Origin: Dehalococcoidia bacterium
Lineage (GTDB): Bacteria; Chloroflexota; Dehalococcoidia; Bin125
NCBI GenBank assembly: GCA_963555985.3
Contig: OY820591.1
Span: 1,376,001-1,440,000, forward strand
DNA: 64,000 nucleotides
Direction of reading: 5' to 3'
Made by a program: the position numbers and the translations under genes. Positions 1-7,312 of the stretch are shown piece by piece. Each line of letters opens with the position of its first letter. Within the stretch, counting starts at the first letter, position 1. The notes under the pieces were generated by a model. That model made no database searches. It was not told the DNA's origin and saw only the letters and a list, made by a program, of their open reading frames with translations.

Positions 1-573
1 GCGGTGGACGGCGACTCGCGCCAACATGCCGGAGCCGTCTTCGAGGGCGCAGTAGGTGTTGAACCAGGTCAAGGCCGGCGCGAGCGTGGTGAACGATTTG
101 CGTCCGTTGAGGCGCCAGCGGCCAGGACCGTCGGGCGTGAGCTGAGTTTGGGGGCGGCCGCCGCCTTGAGGCGAACCGAGTTCGGGCTCGGTCGCCACTT
201 GATTGACGAGTGCGCCCTCGCTGACGACGCTGCGGAAGATGCGTTCCCGGAGTTGCTCGGGCCAACTGCGATTGGCGCGCTCGCTGCCGACCGACATCAG
301 ATGCATCCCGCAGGCGAATGCGAGCGGCATGTCGGCTTTGGCCAACGCGGTCTGGGCAGCGACGAGGTCTGCGAGCTTGCACTCGCCGCCGCCGTACTCG
401 CGCGGGATGGGGGCGGCGAGCCAGCCAACCTCGCGCAGGAGCTCAAGGGAAGCAAACGGGAATTGGGCGTTGCGGTCGGTTTCCCGAGCGAGCTCGGCGA
501 TCGTCGCCAAATGCGGAGTGATTCGGTCGACCAGCTCGCGGCCGGCATCGGAGGTTTTCGGGAGCGATGCCAT
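1..573 (-). CDS. Acyl-CoA dehydrogenase family protein (partial, runs off window start)
   Basis: Not in the ORF track. Manual translation from ATG at 573 gives MASLPKTSDAGRELVDRITPHLATIAELARETDRNAQFPFASLELLREVGWLAAPIPREYGGGE...TEPELGSP...WRLNGRKSFTT, with the ACAD N-terminal (P.EYGG) and middle-domain (TEP..GS, LNG.K) motifs. Confidence 0.85.
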   Translation of the reverse strand, partial: MASLPKTSDAGRELVDRITPHLATIAELARETDRNAQFPFASLELLREVGWLAAPIPREYGGGECKLADLVAAQTALAKADMPLAFACGMHLMSVGSERANRSWPEQLRERIFRSVVSEGALVNQVATEPELGSPQGGGRPQTQLTPDGPGRWRLNGRKSFTTLAPALTWFNTYCALEDGSGMLARVAVHR

Positions 574-602
574 CTGAAGTCGTGAGCCAGCCGCCGCAGG
601 TG

Positions 603-935
603 TTAGAGGATGTCTCGGAGGCGCTTGAGCGCGCGGACGCGAACCTTGCCGCGCTCCACCGCTTCCCGCGCCGGGATCGTGATCGACTCGCCTGTGGCCG
701 GGTTGCGGCCCATGCGCTCCGGGCGCGCCGTCTGCGCCTGGATGTCGATCTTGACCAGTCCCGCGATCGTCACAGAGCCCACACCGCCCGGGGACAGATC
801 GTGCTCAACGACCTGGACCAATCCGTCGATCATGCGATTCACGTCGCTGGTTGCATAGCCGGTCAGCTCGGCGACGGCGCGCGCCATCTGCGACTTGGTT
901 CGAGGTCGATCGACCTGCTCAATCTCTGCTGTCAC
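603..935 (-). CDS. HU/IHF-family DNA-binding protein
   Basis: GRNPATGESITIPA arm motif; GTG at 935 preceded by the SD-like GAGAAGGG (the ORF track extends to 1001). Confidence 0.9.
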   Translation of the reverse strand: MTAEIEQVDRPRTKSQMARAVAELTGYATSDVNRMIDGLVQVVEHDLSPGGVGSVTIAGLVKIDIQAQTARPERMGRNPATGESITIPAREAVERGKVRVRALKRLRDIL

Positions 936-1065
936 GGTCTGTCCCTTCTCATGGTCATTGCCGAGCCGTCCGCCTATCGGAACCGGGTTGTTCCCTATCA
1001 TTACTAGCGGCTAGTTCGTGGGCAAGTGTACACACGATCAGGATATGGGGTACCACTCCGCTCTG

Positions 1066-1728
1066 ATGACGAATATTCGAGCACTGGAATTGACTGATGC
1101 GCTCGCTCGGTATGTCGAGCGCACCTTTGCCCATGAGGACGAGGTGTGGCGCGAACTGCGCGCCGAGACTGCTCGCCTGCCCGCCGGGGGGATGCAGATC
1201 GGAGCGGATCAGGCTCGTCTCTTGGCTTGGCTGGTGCGGCTGATCGGGGCGCGGCGGACGCTGGAGATCGGCACCTTTACAGGCGCATCGGCGCTGGCAG
1301 TGGCGCGCGCTCTACCGAAGGACGGACGCCTGGTCGCGTGCGACATCAGCTCTGAGTGGACGGCAATTGCGCGTCGCTATTGGACTGCTGCGGGCGTAGG
1401 TCACAAGATTGAGCTTCGGCTCGCGCCTGCGCTCGATACATTGGCCTTGCTTGCGCGCGAAGGCGGGCCGCCCTTCGACTTTGCCTTCATCGACGCCGAC
1501 AAGGAACCGGTGCAGGCGTATTACGAAGGAGCTCTGCGCCTCGTTCGCGCCGGCGGGGTGATCGCGGTCGACAACACGCTCTGGGGCGGCGCGGTCGCTG
1601 ATCTAGCTGTCAATGATCCCGACACGCGCGCGATCCGCGCGTTCAACGAGCGCGTCAGTCAGGATCCGCGAGTGGATGCGGCTCTGCTGACCGTCGGTGA
1701 CGGGGTGACGCTGCTGCACAAGCTGTAG
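1066..1728 (+). CDS. Class I SAM-dependent O-methyltransferase (caffeoyl-CoA OMT-like)
   Basis: LEIGTFTG motif I, FDFAFIDADK, VDNTLWGG; start uncertain (1018/1045/1066). Confidence 0.9.
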   Translation: MTNIRALELTDALARYVERTFAHEDEVWRELRAETARLPAGGMQIGADQARLLAWLVRLIGARRTLEIGTFTGASALAVARALPKDGRLVACDISSEWTAIARRYWTAAGVGHKIELRLAPALDTLALLAREGGPPFDFAFIDADKEPVQAYYEGALRLVRAGGVIAVDNTLWGGAVADLAVNDPDTRAIRAFNERVSQDPRVDAALLTVGDGVTLLHKL

Positions 1729-1747
1729 CGGCGCTCCCACTCGGCGC

Positions 1748-2629
1748 TCAGGCCAGGCCGTCTAGCGGGACGTGCTGCTGCACGAGCGCCGCCGCCGTGG
1801 CCAATTTGCGCTCACCCAGGAATCCGCCCGCGCCGTACAAGGGGCCGATCGCCGCGATCGTTTCCACCGTCGAGAGCGCGGTCGTGATCAGCGCGAACGA
1901 TTCGCGCTCGGCCCGCTGAGCGACGTAGGGCAGTGTCGGTTCGCCGCCCGAGAGGATCAGACAGAGCGGCTCGTAGTCCAACGCGCCCAGCGCGATGTCG
2001 ATTCGATCGTGTCGTGAGACGACCGTCTTGTCGGGATACTTGCGAAAGTAGTCCATGCCTTCGTGCGCACTGACCGGGCCGATGACGAGATCGCGCGAGG
2101 CTTCGTCGAACAACTCTTCAGCACCGGAGAGTTCGCCCGCGATCGCGGGCGCGATCTCTCGCACCGTCGGTGCGGCGAGATGGCGATCCTGCGGGATCGT
2201 AGCGAGCGCTTTGCCACCCAATTCCTCGACTCGCGCCCGCGCCGCCGCTTCACCGTGTTGGGGAACCCCGTTGAGGATCACCCCGTCCGGGTTGAGTTCG
2301 GCAATGGCGCGGGAGAGCGTCTCATCGTCCGCCTCGCCGTGCCGCGCCACGAGCAGCGTGTGATCCGCTTCGACGCCGTTGCCCGATTCCACCTCGATCA
2401 CGGTGTGGTCGGTGTCGCTGGAGATGTGATCGATGCTGGCGGTCACGCCGCCGGAGCGGACGCCGCGCACGCGGGCGAACTGGGCAGCGTCGGAGGCGGC
2501 GCTGTCGCCGTCGTCGAGGCGGATGAGGCGCACGCTGGCACCCGATGCGCGGAGGGCGGTTGCCAGCCCGCCGGCCACAACCGACTTGCCGTCGCGGGGG
2601 AGGGTGGAAGTGATGAGAATGCGTGCCAC
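1748..2629 (-). CDS. BioD-like/DRTGG domain protein (stand-alone phosphotransacetylase N-terminal-like)
   Basis: N-terminal P-loop-like ITSTLPRDGKS, IPQDRHLAAPTVREIA, DRTGG-like SRHDRIDIALGAL and LILSGG. Confidence 0.7.
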   Translation of the reverse strand: MARILITSTLPRDGKSVVAGGLATALRASGASVRLIRLDDGDSAASDAAQFARVRGVRSGGVTASIDHISSDTDHTVIEVESGNGVEADHTLLVARHGEADDETLSRAIAELNPDGVILNGVPQHGEAAARARVEELGGKALATIPQDRHLAAPTVREIAPAIAGELSGAEELFDEASRDLVIGPVSAHEGMDYFRKYPDKTVVSRHDRIDIALGALDYEPLCLILSGGEPTLPYVAQRAERESFALITTALSTVETIAAIGPLYGAGGFLGERKLATAAALVQQHVPLDGLA

Positions 2630-2745
2630 GGCGCGCTCCGAAGGGGGTGATGCAGACGAACGCTCTTCTGCCAGAGGCTAGCCGTGAACGCTGCTAAGCG
2701 CAGTCGGCGCGAGGGCGGGCGCGATAGACTGGCGCCGGGAGGGAC

Positions 2746-2982
2746 GTGATGTCGGAGCGGCGCGGGGCGAACGAGAGCCAAGAAACGAGAGGCTGGCCGC
2801 CTCCCGCTCCGGGCGCGCGGCGCCGGCGGCGTCCACCGGAGCGTCACGCCCGCTGGATCGACGCCGAGAATCGGGCCGAGGAACCGCGCGAGGGCGCACC
2901 GACCTGGATCTGGTGGGTGCTGCTGGGGCTGTTGTTCTTCGGCGTGCTTTCGGTGATGGTGCGGATGTTCTTGGTGCTATAG
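2746..2982 (+). CDS. Small hypothetical membrane protein
   Basis: SD GGGAGG upstream and TAGACT -10-like box; C-terminal hydrophobic helix WIWWVLLGLLFFGVLSVMV. Confidence 0.6.
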   Translation: MMSERRGANESQETRGWPPPAPGARRRRRPPERHARWIDAENRAEEPREGAPTWIWWVLLGLLFFGVLSVMVRMFLVL

Positions 2983-3063
2983 CAGGGGCTGGCAGGTGCA
3001 CAAGCCTCAGTTCGGTATCTTGCCTTCTCAGCGGCAGGACACGGTTGGAGTTGGAGCCTAGGT

Positions 3064-5541
3064 ATGACCACGGACGTGGACACGACCCTGCTGGAGGGCA
3101 TCCGAGTACTCGATCTGGCGACGCCCCGTGCGGAAATGGCGGGGCGCGTGCTGGCCGACATGGGCGCCGAAGTGATCAAGGTCGAACCGCCTGAGGGAGC
3201 AGCCGCCCGACGCCTGCCGCCCTTCAGCGAGGCGGATCCGGATCGCTCGCTCTACTGGGCCGCGATGGGCTTCGGCAAGCGCAGCGTTGTGATCGATCTG
3301 GAGAGCGAAGCCGGGCGGGCCGACTTCCGCGCCCTGCTCAAGAGCGCCGACGTGTTGATCGAGTCCTTTGACCCGGGCGTGATGGCGAGCTGGGGACTCG
3401 GCTACGACGATCTCAAGGACGACCACGCCGATTTGATCTACGTCTCTGTGACGCCGTACGGACAGGACGGCCCGCACGCCGACCGTCCGGCGACCGAGCT
3501 CACGATTGAGTCGGCGGGCGGTCTGGTCGGTCTGCAAGGCGATGGGGATCGTCCGCCGCTGCCGGTGGGTTTTCCACAGGCGGCGATCCACGCCGGGGTG
3601 CAGGCGGCGGCGGATACGTCGATTGCGCTGCGTGAGCGTGAGCTCTCGGGGAAGGGTCAGCAGCTGGACGTGTCGATGCAGGCGGCGATCGTCTGGACGT
3701 TGATGCACGCCACCGGCTTTCCGCCAAACACGGGCGGCGATCCTCCGGGGACGTGCGACGAGCGAGCGGGCGGAGTCGTGCAGGGCCCGGCGGCGTTTCC
3801 GATCCATCCCTGCGCGGACGGCTATGTGACGTTCAGCATCGTGCCGGGCGGGTTGGGGTTGCGTCACTCGACGAAGGTGATGAAATGGATCGCCGAATGC
3901 GGCGAACTGAGCGGGGAGCTGGAAGACGCAGATATCGACGAATGGGCGGCGGCGCTGGGTCGGGCAGCGATGGAGGATCCGGCCGAGGCCGGGCGCATGA
4001 TGGGCGTGGCCAACGAGATCCTGCACAACTTCGTGGCCAAGCGCACGATGGCGGAGTGTTACGAGCGAGCGGTCAATGATGGTTTCATGCTGGCGCCTCT
4101 CTACACGGTCGAGGACATCGCCAAGGACAAGCATCTCGAGGCGCGTGGATATTGGGTGGAGATCGAGGGCAAGCGCTATCCCGGCCCGTTCGCCAAGCTC
4201 TCGGAAACCCCGCTGCAACTCGTCCGGCCGGCGCCGACGCTTGGTCAAGACCAGGGACTGTTGGCTGAGGCCGGGCGTGCGCTCCAGCGCTCTGCGCGCA
4301 CGCCGATGTCGTCCAACGGCGTGCGTGGAGACGACGGCGGCGCGCTGTCGGGCGTCAAGATCGCCGACTTCGCCTGGGTCGGCGTCGGTCCGCTGATCTC
4401 CAAGTCGATGGCCGACCACGGCGCGACCGTGGTGCATATCGAATCGGCGACTCGTCCCGACGTGCTGCGTCTGGCGCCGCCGTTCAAGGACAATGAACCG
4501 GGCATGGACCGAGCGCAGTTCATGGCCAACTTCAACTCGTCCAAGATCGGCGTGGCGCTGCGGCTCGACACGGAGCAAGGGCTGTCCTACGCGAAGCAGC
4601 TGGTCGACTGGGCCGACGTGGTGGTGGAGTCGTTCACGCCGGGCACACTGAAACGGTTTGGACTCGATTACGCCACGCTGAGCCGGGAGCGTCCTGAGAT
4701 CATCATGCTCAGCACCTGTCTGCGGGGGCAGTGGGGGCCGGAGTCGAGCTATGCCGGCTTTGGCTTGCAGGGCGCTTGCCTGTCCGGTCTGCATCGGATT
4801 ACCGGTTGGCCCGACCGTCAGCCGGCCGGCACCTGGGGGGCGTACACGGATTTCATCAATCCGCGTTTCGGTTCGGGCGTGTTGGCGGCTGCGATTCGAT
4901 ACCGCGATCTGACCGGCAAGGGTCAGTACATTGACCTCGCGCAGACGGAGGCGGGGATTCACTTCGGCGCGCCGCTGCTGCTCGATTACTTCGAGAATGG
5001 GCGGATCGCCGAAGCGCCCGGTCACGACTCTCTGTATGCCGCGCCTAACGCGGTCTTCCGGGTTGGAGAAGGCGAACGCTACGTAGCGATCGCGACCGAG
5101 ACCGCCGAACAATGGCGGGCGCTGCGCGACGCGGCGGGTCTAGAGAACTGGTCGGGGAGCAGCTACGACGAGCTCGCTGCTCGGATTGCGGCGAAGGCGG
5201 AGATCGAAGCGGCGATCGCCGAATGGTGCTCGCCGCAGACGGCAGACGCGGTGATCGACTGCCTGACTCAGGCCGGAGTTCCGGCGTCGCTGGTGGAGTG
5301 GCCGTCGGACCTCTACGAGGATCCGCAACTGACGCACCGTGGCTTCTTCGTCACGCTCGATCACTCCGTGATGGGTCCGACGCCGTACGACGGTTTGGTC
5401 ACGAAGTTCTCGGGCGGGACGGCTCGGTTGCGCCGGGCGGCGCCGGCGATTGGCGAGCATACGCACTATGTGCTTTCGGAGATCCTCGATCGTCCCGATG
5501 AGGAAATCACCGAGGCGCTGGTCGCGGGAGCGTTGCAGTAG
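3064..5541 (+). CDS. Family III (CaiB/BaiF) CoA-transferase with two fused domains
   Basis: Two copies of the family N-terminus (LEGIRVLDLA...LADMGAEVIKVEPP and LSGVKIADFAW...MADHGATVVHIES), each ending in an APTLGQD/APAIGEHT motif. Confidence 0.92.
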   Translation: MTTDVDTTLLEGIRVLDLATPRAEMAGRVLADMGAEVIKVEPPEGAAARRLPPFSEADPDRSLYWAAMGFGKRSVVIDLESEAGRADFRALLKSADVLIESFDPGVMASWGLGYDDLKDDHADLIYVSVTPYGQDGPHADRPATELTIESAGGLVGLQGDGDRPPLPVGFPQAAIHAGVQAAADTSIALRERELSGKGQQLDVSMQAAIVWTLMHATGFPPNTGGDPPGTCDERAGGVVQGPAAFPIHPCADGYVTFSIVPGGLGLRHSTKVMKWIAECGELSGELEDADIDEWAAALGRAAMEDPAEAGRMMGVANEILHNFVAKRTMAECYERAVNDGFMLAPLYTVEDIAKDKHLEARGYWVEIEGKRYPGPFAKLSETPLQLVRPAPTLGQDQGLLAEAGRALQRSARTPMSSNGVRGDDGGALSGVKIADFAWVGVGPLISKSMADHGATVVHIESATRPDVLRLAPPFKDNEPGMDRAQFMANFNSSKIGVALRLDTEQGLSYAKQLVDWADVVVESFTPGTLKRFGLDYATLSRERPEIIMLSTCLRGQWGPESSYAGFGLQGACLSGLHRITGWPDRQPAGTWGAYTDFINPRFGSGVLAAAIRYRDLTGKGQYIDLAQTEAGIHFGAPLLLDYFENGRIAEAPGHDSLYAAPNAVFRVGEGERYVAIATETAEQWRALRDAAGLENWSGSSYDELAARIAAKAEIEAAIAEWCSPQTADAVIDCLTQAGVPASLVEWPSDLYEDPQLTHRGFFVTLDHSVMGPTPYDGLVTKFSGGTARLRRAAPAIGEHTHYVLSEILDRPDEEITEALVAGALQ

Positions 5542-5608
5542 GCGGCGGGACATCGGACAAGCATCATCTAAACTGCGCGCGTAGGACGCACAGGGAAGGA
5601 CTAGAAAG

Positions 5609-6790
5609 ATGGGTAACCGCACGATGCGCGGCGAAGTGGCGATCATCGGCGTCGGCGAGACGACGTATTACAAGCGCGGGCGCTCGCCGGATCCCGAGTT
5701 CAAGCTCGTGATCGAGGCGATCCTCAAGGCCAGCGCCGACGCGGGGATCGATCCTCGTGAGATTGACGGGTTCGCGTCGTACTCGAACGACCGCAACGAC
5801 CCGTCGCGGATTGCGGCGGCGCTGGACATCAAGGATCTGCGCTTCTCCAACATGGAGTGGGGCGGCGGCGGGGGCGGCGGTTCCGCCGCCTGCGCGCACG
5901 CTGCCTCGGCGGTCGCCACTGGTCTCGCCGATACGGTGGTCGTCTTCCGCGGCCTCGCGCAGGGACAATTCGGACGCTTCGGCCAGGGTGCGCGGATCCC
6001 GCATGTGCGGGGCGATCAGGCGTACACCGCGCCCTACGGTCTGATGTCGCCGGCGCAGTCGTTCGCCATGCGGATTCACCGGCTGTACGAGGACCACGGG
6101 ATCACGCAGGACACGCTCAAGGCCTGCTCGCTGGCCTCGTACCACCACGCGCAGAACAACCCGCGCGCGGTCATGTACGGGCGTCCACTCACGCCCGAGG
6201 ACTACGATCAGTCGCGCTGGATCGTGGAGCCGTTCCACTTGTTCGACTGCTGTCAGGAGAACGACGGCGCAGCGGCGATGATCTTCGTCTCGGCCGATCG
6301 GGCGAAGGACTACGCGAAGACGCCGGTCTACTTCCTCGGTGGGGCCGTCGGTTCGGGCAACCGCGCCGGATCGGGGTCGCACAACGCGACCGACTACGCG
6401 ACCTCGAACTTTAAGACGGTCGCGCCGCGGATGTACGAGATGGCGCAGGTGAAGCCGGAAGAGGTCGATGTCGCGCAGGTCTACGAGAACTTCACCGGCG
6501 GCGTGGTGATGAGCATCATCGAGCACGGCCTGACGACCTACGAAGAGGCGAACGAGTTCATCACCTTCGACAACCTGATCGCGCCGAGCGGCAAGATGCC
6601 GATCAACACGAGCGGCGGCAACCTGGCCGAGTGCTACATGCACGGGCTGGAGCTGAACATCGAAGCCGTGCGCCAGGTGCGCGGCGAGTCCTGCAACCAG
6701 GTCGACGACGTGAACGTCTCGCTGGTCGCGTCCGGGCCGATGGTGACCCCGGTCTCCGACATGATCGTCGGTTCAGAGGCGGTGCTCTAA
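5609..6790 (+). CDS. Thiolase-fold protein, SCP-x/Ltp2-like (probable retro-aldolase)
   Basis: VAIIGVGET, DCCQENDGAAA, YENFT, INTSGGNLAECYMHG; glycine run where thiolases carry the catalytic Cys. Confidence 0.85.
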   Translation: MGNRTMRGEVAIIGVGETTYYKRGRSPDPEFKLVIEAILKASADAGIDPREIDGFASYSNDRNDPSRIAAALDIKDLRFSNMEWGGGGGGGSAACAHAASAVATGLADTVVVFRGLAQGQFGRFGQGARIPHVRGDQAYTAPYGLMSPAQSFAMRIHRLYEDHGITQDTLKACSLASYHHAQNNPRAVMYGRPLTPEDYDQSRWIVEPFHLFDCCQENDGAAAMIFVSADRAKDYAKTPVYFLGGAVGSGNRAGSGSHNATDYATSNFKTVAPRMYEMAQVKPEEVDVAQVYENFTGGVVMSIIEHGLTTYEEANEFITFDNLIAPSGKMPINTSGGNLAECYMHGLELNIEAVRQVRGESCNQVDDVNVSLVASGPMVTPVSDMIVGSEAVL

Positions 6791-7242
6791 TGGCGAATCC
6801 CGGAGCGTATTACCTGGGCGAGGGGATGCCTGCGCCCGCGCCGGCAATCGACGGACTGGACACCGAGTACTGGGAGGGCGTCAAGCGCCACGAGTTGCTC
6901 GTCCAGAATTGCAACACATGCGATCGTCCCCAGTTCGGCCCCGAGTGGAACTGCCACCGCTGTCATTCGTTCGACCTGGGCTGGAAGCCAGTCGAGGGCA
7001 ATGGTCGGATCTACTCCTGGGAGCGAGTTTGGCACCCTGTCCACCCCGCGCTCAGCGAGAGTTGCCCCTACCTCGTCGTGCTGGTTGAGCTGCCCAACCA
7101 CGAGAACGTGCGCATGGTCGGCAACCTCGTCGGCGATCCGATGCAGACGGTGGAAATCGGCGCAGAGGTGCGCCCTTACTTCGAGGATCACGACGAGGGC
7201 GATGAGCCGTTCACGCTGGTCCACTGGGAAGTCGTCAGCTAG
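6790..7242 (+). CDS. DUF35 Zn-ribbon/OB-fold protein
   Basis: CxxC...CxxC (CNTC, CHRC), GRIYSWERV, PYLVVLVEL; start overlaps the upstream stop (TAATG). Confidence 0.9.
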   Translation: MANPGAYYLGEGMPAPAPAIDGLDTEYWEGVKRHELLVQNCNTCDRPQFGPEWNCHRCHSFDLGWKPVEGNGRIYSWERVWHPVHPALSESCPYLVVLVELPNHENVRMVGNLVGDPMQTVEIGAEVRPYFEDHDEGDEPFTLVHWEVVS

Positions 7243-7275
7243 CGGTCTCTGCCCCGCCCCGCTGCGAGCGAACAG

Positions 7276-7301
7276 AGAGGACGCCCGAAAGGGCGTCCTC
7301 T
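7276..7301. terminator. Hairpin between convergent genes, probable bidirectional terminator
   Basis: AGAGGACGCCC-GAAA-GGGCGTCCTCT: 11-bp perfect stem with GNRA loop between the convergent DUF35 and ppc genes. Confidence 0.7.
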
Positions 7302-7312
7302 TCGTTGTGCTG

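Noticed and set aside
4-585. Plus-strand 193-aa ORF at the window start
   Set aside because: Antisense shadow of the minus-strand acyl-CoA dehydrogenase that the ORF track missed because it is truncated.
979-1016. Palindromes in the HU/O-methyltransferase divergent spacer (GGAAC-N6-GTTCC, ACTAG-CGG-CTAGT)
   Set aside because: The spacing does not fit a LexA box and the stems are short enough to arise by chance.
3058-5112. Long antisense ORFs (also 23422-25311, 30520-32124, 43793-45802, 9251-10186 and many others)
   Set aside because: They are shadow frames opposite well-supported genes, expected in high-GC DNA, and have no motifs.
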